Shown one piece after another: positions 37,224 through 50,687 of a stretch of 64,000 bases of DNA. The DNA is from Ramazzottius varieornatus (lineage: Eukaryota > Animalia > Tardigrada). Position 1 is the first letter of the stretch, and the number at the start of each line of letters is the position of its first letter. The stretch covers positions 659,337 through 723,336 of the forward strand of contig BDGG01000010.1 of the NCBI GenBank assembly GCA_001949185.1, read 5' to 3'. Position numbers and translations under genes: made by a program. The notes beneath the pieces were generated by a model. That model ran no database searches. It had not been told where the DNA came from and was given only the letters and a program-made list of their open reading frames with translations.

Positions 37224-39226
37224 TTAGAAGCTTTGGTTTCCAACGTGTGGGAATTGTATCCTTTGCTTGTTCCCGAACAGCGTAACTTGCGCTTGGGACT
37301 GAAATTCGTCGATATTGACATAACAGCCCTGAAATCAGTATGTTTATTTTTACCGACATTCTGATGAGCATTTCGAAAGCCTCGCGGCATCTTTTAGCAC
37401 CTGCAGATGTCGAACTCCTTCCGAGACGGTAAAAGCGTTGCGACCATGCAGCCACGTTCTGTTGTTGAAGATGATGAGATCGCCCGGCCTCATTAAGAAG
37501 CTTTTCTTCGTGGGTGAAGCGTCAATCAACGAGGCAAGTTTCCGGTAGGCGTCGTAATACCTTTCCACGTTGCCCTAAAGGAAAATCCAATACATTTACG
37601 AAGAGAGAAAATTTGTATGGAGTACTGTGCATATGTGAATGTTATACCTCGGAAGCGAAGAAAGGTCCTTCGAACTGTGGTGCCCAGAAGAAGCCCGTTA
37701 TTTCCCTTTTATCGTTGATCACGATGTGGGGTCTTCGGTACCGCATGTGGACAGGCCATTCTCTCTCATAGTGGATCTTCTCGAAAGTGACTGGAGTGCT
37801 GCAGAGTACGTTGAACTCTGCCGGGAACTTGTACCGCATTTTTTCAGCGACGTCGAACCCGTCGATCAAAATGCTCTCCCCACCTTGAACACTCTCATCA
37901 AACCTACAATACAAACATAACGAAGATTTGCTTCGGTTATGCGGTCTAAGTGGAAAAAAGCATGGGGTTACTTTAAACAGTGAAGAAGCTGTAAACCAGG
38001 TGGAGATTCGTAATAAACCAGGTCCATGTGCGGCTTCAGTTCGGCATTGCTATAAGCGACGTTGATCGGCTTGTCTGTCGACATCACATCAAAAACCTAT
38101 CAAGTATGAAAGTCTCAACTGAAAAATGTTGAAAGATGATTGGGAGCTAGCCAAAAAAACCTTGACGAGATCGCTTTTTGAAGTTGCGCACACTTTCGGA
38201 CAATGAGACTGGAAGCGTGCGCCACTGGGGAATGCAGTCCCGTCTGCCGAGCTATCAATTTACAACCAACGGCAATCTTCGTAACGTCTACAATTTCTGT
38301 GAAGCATTTACCTCGCCGTAAATGGTCCGTTGGACTGGCAGATTGAATACATCTTGGACGAACTTCTTGACCGTTCCAGGAGTCGTAGGGAGGCCGTGGA
38401 CCTTGATGTGCCCTTCTTTTAGGATAGCTTCATACAGGTGGCGAACGTATTCAGATTTCTCGAGCTCCTTGTAATCAATCACAGACATCCCGATTGAGTG
38501 GCTCTGCAATCAACGAGTATCCGCGAGGTCTAAGCATACTCGCACTTCGAAGTTGTCGCAGGAAACATTCAGCGCAAGAAAAGTCACCTTTTTGAGCGAT
38601 AGTTCGCTCTTGTCTTCCTTCTCAAGTTTGTGTAGGTGGTTCTCCACGAGCCATTTCAAGTTTATTCGTCCTTTATGGTTGTCAGTCCATTCTAAAACCA
38701 CACAGTCTCCTGGAAAACGAAACAGTTGGTGTTCATACAATAATACCAGGAGGAAGTAGATTTTGTTCATATTGGGACTACGTACTGTACCTTCTATAAA
38801 AGCATCTAACAAAGTGATGTTGCCGGGAATTTTAGAAGGGTCCAGGATGCGTTGGTTGGAAAAGGGCTGACGGCATTCCGCGCACTGACAGTGAAATCGA
38901 AGCCATTGGTGTGGATCTGCGGATGGTAGAAGCGCTTGGAGCTAACAAGCATATAGGAGTTATAGCGATCTGACTCCAAACTTACAAGAGTAATTGTGGC
39001 CTCCATCTGGCCATCCAGCGTACCAGGCCAACTTCAGACTTCGCTCTTCAAACAGCTGTACCTCCGGGACTTTGTTAGCCTCTGTTTTTGGGATGTTCGT
39101 TGTTGCTCGCGACCAGCTTCTCATCGGTGTTCCACCGCAGAATCTGCGCAGGCGTTTCGTCCGTAAAAGTCTTGAGCATGCGCTGGCAACGTCGCTCCTC
39201 CGGATGGCCGGCGAAATGATGTCCAT
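37224..39226 (-). CDS. Gamma-butyrobetaine dioxygenase-like Fe/2OG enzyme with a probable mitochondrial presequence
   Basis: KWLRFHCQCAEC zinc motif, VAYSNAELKPHMDLVYYESPPGLQLLHC, GGESILIDGF, NNRTWLHGRNAF and RHLQGCY. Arg-rich N-terminus. Confidence 0.85.
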
Positions 39227-39843
39227 GGTCGAGACAGCAAACTAGCACAAAGAGGGGCCAAGGCAGGTATAAGCTCACCCACACTTTCATAATCTCAGCA
39301 TCCAAGGTCCACTAAAACGGCATACTGCTGAGTCAAACAACGTTCTCGATGAAACACTGCCGGAAGCTTGCCGGAAGTCGAAAGAACAAAGTCCGGGTTT
39401 TTCGAACTCACGCAGTCGCGCACTGGCCGTCGTTGGCCATCTCGTCGCCTCGCTCTGTCTGATCCTCTGAGTGATCAACCATTGTCAATCAATCGGTAGC
39501 CGTTTCCTGTTCCCTTTGGTCGATTGATTCGTATTGATTGACCCGAAGGCTTCCCCCTGCTGACTGCAGTTTTCGCTTTTCGGTTCATTCCAGATTTTCT
39601 CGCTTACAGTACTTTTCTCGATCCCGATGATGTCCTCCTAGTCGTGGATCTTAGAATCACTCCTGCTAGTTAGATAAACCGGTGATGGACTGCTGACTGT
39701 GGATTCCTCGGACGAAGGTAGAAAAGACAGAGGCTCCATTGGATGCAGGGCCACACACCCACGGATCACTCCGACTTTGAAGGAGAATCGGATATCTCGG
39801 TTTTCCAGCTCACTTATCTTCTACTGCCCGTACTCCTGCTGAC

Positions 39844-42800
39844 ATGTCTGCGACGGCGAAACCTGCCGATGATTCCTGGCGTAATATCCCTGGTTTGAAT
39901 CCAAATGATCAGCAGCGCGTCATGGATCTGGACAGGTACGCAGAAGGTGTTCGTCTCGGTCTAACAACTCTGTTTGCTCTTCCGAGTTCGATTTTCGGAG
40001 AAGGTTGTTTGTCACTTGTAGTCGCCATTTCGATTATCTGGATCTAACGAGCGGCAACGGACCTCACACTCTGGAGCTAATTCGAAAGGTGCGATATCTT
40101 GGTCGACATTAGGAAACCAGCTGGCTGAGCAAGTCTCGTCCTTGATCAAAAGTTGTTTAATCGGTTGGATTTTACAGGCCATTATCCACTACAACTCGTT
40201 ACTACTGCAAGAGCCGGAGAAACTGAAGCAAGGAATCGTACAGTCACTCGACCCAGCAATTTTCTGCCGTCTAGGCCATTTCTTCGTGCTCGTCTTGGAA
40301 TGGGAGAAAGGTGCGCTTTATACCTTTTCCTTGTGCCACTAGAATCCCTGACATTGGTGTCATTGCAAGCAGTTTTTTGTTTTATAGCGTTACAGGCCTT
40401 CCAGACTTTCCTTGTGGCTAGCATCAAAGCACGAACAGTAAAAATCTTATTCAAACTGGGCTTCCTGTCCACTTCCGGCGGAAGACTGTTTGGATCAAGG
40501 GGTTCTTTTTGCGTTGCAGGACCCATATTTCTACTACGGACTTGGATTATCGTACTTCCACCTGGACCTTCATCTCGCGTAAGTTCATGCAAACCATTCT
40601 TACGCTCATGAATTTGGGGTTGGAAGCCCTAGGTCAGCGAGAACAGATCGTGACGTCGTGTGATCGAATAGCTTGCGAAACGTTAATAACGTTATGCTTG
40701 TGCATTACGTCATACGTCAGTTGATGTGGTGGATGAATGGGTTGCGGGCGGACTTGCAGGACGTATTGGAGGTGTGGTACCGTGTGGCGCTAGACCAATC
40801 ATCAGGTTGGTTGTGCAGCGAGGCAGGCTCAGATTGGGCGACCTGAGCAGGCCGTTGGTCAGTTAGGGCTAGTGGGCGGTGCGTAGACACGGCTTTCTCT
40901 CATCAGCTTATCGATTTCCTTATGTGATCGCAGTCGCTGTTGAGTACGCTCGCAGCTGGCCTCTTTCACCTGCCAGCCAGTATATCTATCTCATCTCATG
41001 TCTCACTATCTCATGCTCTCCTCGCTTTCCAGTTGTAGGATTTGCAGCACGTGTAGTTGTAGACGACGTCCTTTTGATCGACAATTTGCCTGGTGGGAAT
41101 TTACAAACTGGATTCTGAGTGGTGTTCTGTAGAGGGAAGTTGATCGAGAACCTAATGATCGGTGGTGTCTTTTATCATCTCTGCGAGTGCCAGCTTCCCT
41201 GACCTGCCTCGCTACTTCGGTCCATACATTAACGAGCTAAGTTTGATCGGATATTACGCCATTCATCAAAAGATAGCAAGTATGTAAGGTTTGGCTTCGA
41301 TAGAGCATTAATCAGATTACGTAGACGAAGTTGTTTTATTACCGCGCGAGTTGAACCGGAGATGTGTCTTATCGGCGTCCGCAAGGAAGTTTCGAGGTGT
41401 TTTCTGTTGTCAGTTTGTTCGAAGTTTTGAGAAACGTTGGCGGATTGGAACAAGGGCTAGACTGTGATAAGGTGTGGCTTACGTGAGGTGTTTTTCTGTC
41501 GGCTTGAGACCGACCAGCGTTGCTCTACAATCGAGGTGGCTGAAGGTCTTACGAGGCAACTTAAACTTCTCAGCTGAGCATTGATTTCTTTCCCTAGATG
41601 GTTGCACTTTAGAGACCGGCAGACTGGTTTGGCCCAGTTTTATAAGAGCACGTTGTTCGTTCCTCATCATGAGCTCCTCCGCGGCTCCGTGATGTTGCTG
41701 CGTGGTTGGCTCTCTCTTTCTCTTCCTCTCTCATCGCCATGTGCTCTTGTCGATGGATCCCCTCGCGATCGGACGAATCGACGACAACACATGCTGGAGC
41801 CCTGCCATCAAGCCATGTTTCTTCTCTGCAAGCTTGACACCCGATACTTTGCAACACTGAAGAAAATGGCCACGAGGTCGATAGAACTTCAGGCTTGGAA
41901 GCTGTGAAAACAGTGGAGGGAGGATATAGCTTTCGGAGCCATCCCAACTTGAAGTACTGATTTTGATTCGGTAACTCACATGTAAATGTTATTCTTTTGT
42001 TTGCCAGCTGTTCCAGCTTTCATTGAGGGTTCCCCCGAGAGTCTTAGACCCATTACACTTGTTTTCGCATGTGCGCGCCGCTGATGTGGAACATGATGAG
42101 CAGTTGAAGAGCTACCGACGATGCATGGTTGATCTTCAGAGCGGTGAGATCACAGCAAAAACGCTTGGCCTTTACGGCAGTTTCACAATGTCAGCCACAT
42201 TGCGAAGCTACACTGTAGTACGTATGAATCGTCCAAGGCATGGCTCTCTTTATTGACTTTAGCTTGCACACGTGTTACGGAGTGTTTTATGCGAAGGCCG
42301 GTAAATGAACTTGCTGACTTTACTACCGCGTACTCGAGTTCTCGTTCTCGTTCTGAAAGCTCAGAGTGGCGATCTCAAGAAGCTCGATCGACGAGTTTTG
42401 CCTTCCGGCTTCGCTGAGTGTACACAGTTTGTGGTTGCTCGAACAGACAGATAAGGCGGAAGTCTTTGCAGAAGCAAATGTCCAGGGGAAGGTCTCGTTA
42501 ACATAACACGAACGTGTTCGAATTTTGACGAGCCAGATACCACTTATCGTCCGTAAATGTAATGTCTGGACATTTTTATCGCCTTCGTATCAAATGTGAA
42601 AATTTCGATAAAATCCAGTAGATATTTTGTGACGGTTCTTGTATCTCGTTGTAATATTGTTACGTTTCAGTGAGGGAGAACGGGCGTTATATCTTTGAGG
42701 ATATGACGTTGGCTCCTTAGATCACATGTCTGTATGTGGTCGTTTTGTCGTATTTAGCGGTGGAAGTTCGTGTCAGTGTAGAATGATTGAGTGTTGCTGA

Positions 42801-45800
42801 TGAATGAAGCATAATTCTAATCGTCTGGATGTGTATCGTTCAAATGGCTCTGATTGGTATTCACATGAGAAATTTGAGGCAACTCCACATCTGCAAATCT
42901 AATTTGTGCTAATATCCGCATTATTAAGCAGTGAGTACGTGACGTCATCCAACTCGCACACGGGGTGACTGTGCCAAAGCCGAACAGCGTTGGCCGCAGT
43001 GACGTCTTGCGTTTGTTCGGTGTGTAAATGCGCAAGTTGCGCTGACAAGGAAAGACGCGGTGGAATATTCCGGCTTTCGGTGTTCTTCTTTGACTTTCCT
43101 GAAGACTCAGGTATGTGGTCGACTAGTTGAAGGGTTGAGCTGTGAGAAGTAAAGGCGAGACAGACAGTTAGGTAAAATTGTGATGGACACAAAGACGAAC
43201 GGCATGTTTGGACAATGTGCACCGAAACGATCGAGTGTCTCTTCTGGCTCTGTTCAGCGCTCTGTTATGGCCTTGTTATCAATTTATCATCACCGCTTCC
43301 TTCCGTCCTGTAACTCTTGTTCTCTGTTCCCTCTTTCAGTGTACGATGTAGCAACATTCTTCCCTTCCGTGGTGTTTGATCTATGGCTTCCACTCTTGAC
43401 GTGCTGGTCAGCCATGTAAATTTTGGCGGTGGTCAAATCTGTTCTCCTCCCGTCTCTTCTTGTTCTGGCTGGAAGTAATACGAGAGCAGATGCGAAGAGG
43501 GCGAAGGCGGGGAAGGGTTGGCTAGGCAGGAAAGAACCGTAAAACTTTGAATCTATGACTATTGTTTAGAGAGGGGGAACAACCGACACGAAGGCGTCCA
43601 CTTCAGCCTTTTGTCAAATTGTCGATGGCGAATTTTGGTGTGAAGGTTCAGGCAATTCTTTCCTTGGCCATCAAGCCTGCAGCTGGGAAATTAGATTCAT
43701 GAGTGTGGAAATTTTATGGAATAACGTGGCAGAACAGTGTCCAGTCTCATGTAATGCGTTGTTTGCCGAATTCGGCTTGATCAGATTTAAATTACATCCA
43801 CATGCACACTTTTGCTGGCGATTTCTTGTGGAGATTCGTGGGTGTTGTGCTTTCGGCTTTTTGTTAGTGTTTGTTCTTGGTAGGTGCGGAATGTGGAATT
43901 GTGACGGAGGGGTTTGATCACCGTTTGATGTTTATTTTGTGTTACAGTGCATCAACTGCCTTCCAACATGCCCTGTATTTGGATCCCGCCTTCACGCGGG
44001 CGCAGGAGGTGCTCTTCAAGCTGGGATTAATTTTCAAGCACCTGCAGATCTATGATGTAGCTTACAAATACTATCGACGCACCATGAACGACCCCACAAC
44101 CTTCACCGAGACCAAGGAAATGAGTGAGTAATCTCTTCCCTGATAAACGTATTTCTAAAAACTTGGCAAACAAACTTGACAGTATTCGACAATATTCGTT
44201 TTCCAGATGGTGCACACTTCCACTCAGTAGCAATGGAAGCGTGCGCTACTGAAAATAAACTGGACAGGCTTGTTCTTCCAAGTGGCGAGCCCTTACAGCC
44301 GTTAGCACTGAGAACATGCGCTACTGTAGAAAAGAATCCTATTAAGTTTGCTGTGCGTTTTTTTCCCGCTGTACTGTCGGAAAAACTCATTTCATGGTTA
44401 TCCATGATTTCTCAAATGAAATTACAGTGTTATCGTTGACTTTTATCTCTGGTTGAATGTCCTCGTAAATCTTCTCAATGACACACCTTTCTTCTTGTTG
44501 CAGTCAATTTTCATATCGGCCATGTTTACGAACTCCAAGGTCGATATGAGATGGCCAAGGCGTATTACGAGAAGGTTATCCAGTCGCCGACCTGCGATAA
44601 CCAGCTGCGAGCCGAAGTTCTTCGCCAGCTAGGATGGATGTTCCACACAGTGGAGGAGTTTGGACATCGCAACCAACGCGACGAGTCGGCCATCAAGTGC
44701 CTGTCCAAGTCCATCGAGTACGACCCCAACAATGGCCAGACGTGGTACTTCATGGGTCGCTGTTACGCCGCAATGTCCCGCGTTCACGACGCCTTCTCCG
44801 CTTATCGCTCCTCCATTGATAAGTCGGAGGCCAATGCTGATACCTGGTGCTCCATCGGGTACGTAAACACCTCCATAACAGAGCTGCTGAACCCGCTTCA
44901 AAATTCAGTATATGGGAGCTCGGTAAACAAAATCGATCAGATCGGTTTCCTATAAGTGGCAGTGGCGCACATTGTTGGTGGTTTTGGCTGGCATAGTGCG
45001 CCACTTGCGTGAAACAATCCGTTCGACTTTGAATGCCGAGTTTCCATATCGTTTTTCACGCAACTACATCGCACAGTGACATGGGAGTATTAATAGGGTG
45101 GTATTTGGCTTGAGTTCTGACCGGATAACAGCATTCGAAAGTTTTATCTGGATTTTGTTTGAAGTGAAGGTGTGGAGTTGTTGACTGTTGATTTTTCTTT
45201 TAGGACGCTCTATCAGCAACAGAACCAGCCGATGGACGCGCTTCAAGCTTATGTCTGTGCCGTCCAGCTGGACAAGTCCCACAGTCCGGCGTGGTTCGAC
45301 CTGGGTATGCTGTACGAAAGTCTCCAGCAGTTCTCTGATGCTTTGCACTGTTACCAGAACGGTATCAAGTACGGCAAGACGGAGGCGACGCCGGCCATCT
45401 CGCACAGAATCGAAATTCTGGAAAACGCTCTGAAGACCTCGCCAGCTATTTTCGACGCATTGTAAGTACGCGTACTCAATTAACCCGCTGAGAAACAGCT
45501 TCACAAATGGAAAATTTGATTTCAATTCAATGCCGCTTTGTCGTAGACCGAAGCAGCTGCCATCTCTTGAGGAAGCCCTGGCTCTTCCGATTGCGGCCGA
45601 ATTGACTGCGGGACACCGCCCACCACAGACGGTCAAGAAAACCACACTCCTACCGGAAACGTCGGTTCTTCCTGTTCTCAACGCGCAGCAAATCACTCTG
45701 CTGAATATTCTTACGCAGACCGAGGTCCGTTAGACAATCAGTTTTCCCTTCCGAAATGTAAAAGTTGCTTTGTGCACTATTTTGAGTCACACAGAGCCAC

Positions 45801-48800
45801 AAGAACTCTTTTCGAATGTCGCCATTGGCATCGAAAGACTGACCGTTCATAGTAACAAACAGATGTTAAATGCGAGTTGTTCTTTCGTCCTTCAACCGAT
45901 CTTCGACCGAGCTTTTCCATTTCAGCATGAACTTGCTCCTCCTCAGAAGCAGCTTCTCGAGCAGCTCCGTCAACAAGCGCAACAAGTTCAACAAGTTCAG
46001 CAAGCTACCCTCACTAGCCCGAAGACACCCTACGGAGCTTCGATGGCTGCAGTACAGAGCCTCCGAGACCAGCCCTTCCCACTCATGAGCTTCTCGCCGA
46101 CCGTCGACATTGGTCTGTCGAAGCACCTGGAAAAGATTGACGAACTCGTCAAGAGGACCGCCGCGGACATCCTGGCGGAATGCGCGTCACTGGACTACGG
46201 CAAACTGAGCGGCCAACACCTCAGGTAAATTTTCATAACTGTACGGAACATGGTAGAAATTCACGCTCCAAGAGGGACGATTTACAGCTTTCGACCAGTT
46301 CAATGTAAATGAAAGTAGCGATGAAATTCAAGTTGATGTTGATGCGAGTGGGTTTCCCGGTAGGTTGAACTTGTTGAGTGACAACGTGTCGCCTCCTGTA
46401 CCTCCAAAGCCACCTCAGCCGCCGCTGCCCAAGAGTGCCTTGGACCCGAAGACGCCTTGTGTCTACGTGGAGAACAAGAAGGAAGCCATGTCGCTCGACC
46501 TGGAGAACAATCTGCTGCGGCAACCGTGTATGATTGTCAAGAACCTGAGCAACGTTCTGAAGCTCGATCTCAGCCTCTTCTCGACCAAGACGCTGGTCGA
46601 AACCGCACCTGACCACACCATCGAAATCCGCACCCAGAAGAAACAAAGTCCCGACGTAAGTCCAGATGTGACATATTTATAGAGAAGAAGGATTCTTTCG
46701 TCATGCAAATGCTCCGTTGTGACAGGATAATTTTGATGCTTTGGGTGCGGAGCGCATATGGAAGTGTGAAAGCGTCCGGACTTTCTCCACGGTCTCCAAG
46801 TATGGCATCTGTCAAGCGACAGACTTCCAGAAAGCCTTGCAGGAAGAGAACGAAGGGAAAGCACCACCATCGGACACGGACTCAACAAATTCCGGCTCCA
46901 AGAAGGACAAAGGTGAAAAAACGCACACTGGCGAAGAAAATTAGATGGACTCTGAATTGAGAGTTCGCCAGTCAGACTCGACCAGACCGCTCGCCCAAGT
47001 GGCGCACGCTTCCAGTCAATATCATGGAAGATGTGCGCCACTAGGGAAAACAATTCGGTCGAGTTTGTTTGCCGAGCTCTCGACTATTCGCAAAGAAGTG
47101 ATGATTTTATCGAATGGAAGCAGTAGGATTTGGACATACAGGAAGATGCAGAAACAAAGGTTTTCATTGGTCGTTTGTTTTTGTCGTTGCAGGCAAAAAG
47201 AGCGGAAACATGATCAGGTTCGGTACGAACGTGGACCTGTCCGATCCCAGCATCTGGAGAGCCCAGTTGGCCGAGCTGGACAAGCTGCCTTCTTTGGTTA
47301 AGGTAAAGGCGGCTAAGAACATGCTGAGCCATCTGGAGCACACCATCCTGGGCATGAACAGTGTCCAGCTGTACATGAAGATCCCGGGGTGTCGGACGCC
47401 TGGACACCAGGAGAACCTCAACTTCTGCTCGGTCAACATCAACATCGGTCCGGGCGACTGCGAATGGTTCTGTGTCTCCCATGAGTACTGGGGTGTCATC
47501 AACCAACTATGCGAAAAGTAAGTGCAGTAGCGAACAATTTGCGGAAAACATTTTTGTCAGGAAAATAGAACGAAACTGAGGGAGGAACGAAAGCAGGAAA
47601 TGCGGGGACGTTTCCTCTCGGCTGTTGGGTGCGCGTCATGTCGTTGGTATACTTCGGGGCTTGTAGCGTTTGTCTTAGTGGAGCCTTCACACCGTGACCG
47701 CGTCAACTAATTACGATGACTTGCAAACTATACAATAACAAGATCATGTGAGGTGTCGCGGTCAGAAACTGAGAATAAGGATCTCGCGGCGCTTCCTTGG
47801 ATGCGCTTGCGTAGTTGTCTGCTTTGATTGGGTCTGCCACTGATTTCGAGGGTTACTTGATTCTTTTAGGGGGAAAAGTCTTGCGTTTCGTAAATTAGCT
47901 TTCGAATTACCTATCCAGGTAAACTGTCTGAGTAGTTCCTCGGCAGGCTTCATAAAGTGTGTCGGGAAAACTGCTTGGTCATTATAATTGCTCCCGGAAG
48001 CATATGACTGGTTATTAGAAAGGAAGTCATTCATCGCCGTTGGTGCCTGGAAGCCTGTTGCCGTTGGCTTGGCTGCCTGTCGAGTTTCAAATCATCGCTG
48101 GCACTTTATACCAGGCATTCGTACGCATCGACTGTGTACGTAGACTGTGTTTCATCTGCTTGTAAAGCCCGATTCGATCTGCTCGATGTTAAGGCTCTTT
48201 GTTCGGTGTCAGGCTTTCAGTCGTTCCGTCTTTGTTACTCCTGCAGCTGCAGCCACCTTCCTGCAACCTTCAGCTTCTCGCCTTGCCCTTTTATCCTTCG
48301 AGCTTCGCTCCTTCAGCTACACGATGAATACGATGAACAATACGGTCCATCACATCAAGCAAGGTATCGCCAACATGCTGGGCTCGGACGACAGTGGCAA
48401 GAAGCCCACCATCTTGGTGCTGGGCAGCACCGGCCAGGTTGGAGGACAGGTGATTCACGAGCTGGAAAAGCATTCCAGCGTCAGTGTCCGCTACACTTCT
48501 CGCAAGCAAGACCAGGTAGCTGCATGGAAGGCCGAAGGAAAGGACGCCGTCTACATGGACATGGACCAGCCTTCCTCCTTTGGACAAGCCTTTAACGGCG
48601 TCAATCGACTCTTCCTCGTGACGGGCTACAGCGTGGCCATGTTGACGCAGGGTAAGACGCTGATCGACGCAGCCATCAAAGCAGGAGTCCAGCATGTCGT
48701 CAAGATCACCGTCTACTACCAGTGGGACAACATCGATCCTCATCTGTCGTGGCATCAGCTGTTGGATACCTATCTGCAAGCTTCAGGTATACCCAAGGAT

Positions 48801-50687
48801 AAATTTCTGTACTGCTTTAGTACCAGTTTAGGTACTCTTGTGGACACTTGTACTTAGTAGTTACAGTAGTTTTTGTTTTGACTAGGGATGGCTTGGACTT
48901 TGGTGCATCCCAACTGCTTCATGGAGAACGTCAGCAGTCTTCGGGGTGGTAATTATGATTACTACTGGGGTAATCAACGGGTAGGCTGGGTGGCTGTGAA
49001 GGACATTGCCGCAGTGTCGGCGACGTGCTTGAAGGAAGGTCCACGACGCCATGGTGGCAAGGAGTACTGGCTGAGCAGCGAAGTCCTCGATGGTCCGCAG
49101 ATGGCTCAGATCCTGTCGGAGGAACTGGGACAACGCATCAATGTGTCCATCAAGACCGACGAGGACTTCAAGAAGGCATTAGACGCTTACAAGTTCATGG
49201 AACAGTGGTATGGAGACGGCTTGAGGGTCTTCTTCCGTGAAGTGAGGAACGGCGGGATGGGCTACATTGGGACGGTACGAGATGATGTGCCCTTCGTGAC
49301 GGGACAGCGAGCCACCACCTTCCGCGAATACGTCCAGGCCAACAAGGCGAAACTGCTGGGTAGCATCAATGGATAAAGAACCGGTTATTGATTTGCTTTG
49401 TTTTCATACATGGTCGACCTCCGGTGGCAGTGTAATTAATCTCATCTTGGTCAATTTCCCCTGCGAGCTGTAACTCGAACGTACTTCATGGATTTCAAAA
49501 GCTTACGACACGTAATGAGGATGAGTAGAGCCCTTTCTGCCAATTCTTGCACACTTTCTTCCTTCCAGACTAATGCGAAGATCATCTTTCTACCGTATTT
49601 GAATTGCAGATATAAATAATACATAAAAATTAACCACGATCTGCCTCACGAGCTGCAAGTGGGATAGACAATATCGTGAATGATCTGGTATGCCAGGAAA
49701 AAGGAAGGAGGCTTCGTTCAAAAGACTCATCATTTTGTACGACAGTACAGTCGTCGCCGTACCCATCAAGAAAATGTGGAATTCTGTGTCGGCGCCGTTT
49801 TTCTGCCGTTGGTTTCATACTTATCCCATACTAATGGCTTTGTGTTTTTCCAGGAACGATGTGCATTTCCTTCACGGTTCGTGGTGGCCCAACCTGACGG
49901 ACCTACGGAACGCCAACGTGCCTGTCTACCGCTTCACCCAACGTCCCGGCGATCTGGTGTGGGTCAACGCGGGAACCGTCCATTGGGTACAAGCCATCGG
50001 CTGGTGCAACAACATTGCCTGGAACGTCGGACCATTCACTCCTGAACAGTATTACCTGGGTGCTGAGCGCTACGAGTGGAACAAACTCCAAAGCTACAAG
50101 TCCATCGTCCCTATGGTCCACCTGACATGGTCCATCGCTGTCAATGTCATCTTTCAGAAGAAGGACGAGAAGCTGTGGAAGCTGATCCGGCTGACACTTC
50201 GTCGGTCCATGAAGTACTGTCACGTGTTGTTGGAGCACCTCAAAGCTCAGGGAAAGACAATAAAGTACCAGGCAAGGGAGAAAAACGAGAATGCGCACTA
50301 TTGTGAAGACTGTGAGGTAAGGCAATAGAAATTCGATTGGGAGCGCGGTAATCAAACCAACTTAGACGAAAATGCTTTCCCGTTTGGCGCACCTTTTCGG
50401 TGTGATTGGCCGAAGCCGTGCGCCGCTTGGAAGAACGATCTGTCAAGTTTGCTTGTCTTAAATCGAAATGCTTTGTGTGCACTTGAATTTGTGTTTCGTC
50501 TCAGGCGGAAGTCTTCAACGTTCTCTTCATCAAGCAGAAGGAAGACAATTCTTCGGAGTACATCGTACGTTGTTACGACTGTGCAAGGAAGATTGACAAG
50601 GACCTGAAGAATATCCTGGTGTTGCATCAGTACAAGCCGAAGGAACTAATGGACATGTACGATCGTTGTCAGTTGGCGGACTCTTAA
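39844..50687 (+). CDS. KDM6A: Histone H3K27 demethylase UTX/KDM6 (TPR, JmjC and zinc domains)
   Basis: TPR exons ([52 protein letters not shown]), [65 protein letters not shown] and HYCEDCE...CYDCARK. Confidence 0.96.
46959..47080. repeat. Representative full copy of a dispersed ~125-bp palindromic element (about 15 copies in the window)
   Basis: GAGAGTTCG...ACTCGACCAGACCG...CCAAGTGGCGCAC-N25-GTGCGCCACTAGGGAAAACAATTCGGTCGAGTTTGTTTGCCGAGCTCTC. Confidence 0.85.
48186..49376 (+). CDS. NmrA-like atypical SDR (NAD(P)-binding), nested in the KDM6 intron 47518-49853
   Basis: [11 protein letters not shown] Rossmann motif, [31 protein letters not shown] and [11 protein letters not shown]. One GT-AG intron at 48787-48885. 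Candidate ATGs at 48186 and 48324. Confidence 0.9.

Noticed and set aside
30738-39226. SLC22 (carnitine-transporter family) near a BBOX-like gene as a carnitine gene cluster
   Set aside because: Both families are large, the substrates cannot be determined from sequence, and unrelated genes lie between them.
41581-41947. Overlapping ~110-aa ORFs in the KDM6 intron
   Set aside because: No motif, no convincing start or splice structure.
45064-45696. 210-aa minus-strand ORF
   Set aside because: It is antisense to KDM6 TPR exons and crosses introns.
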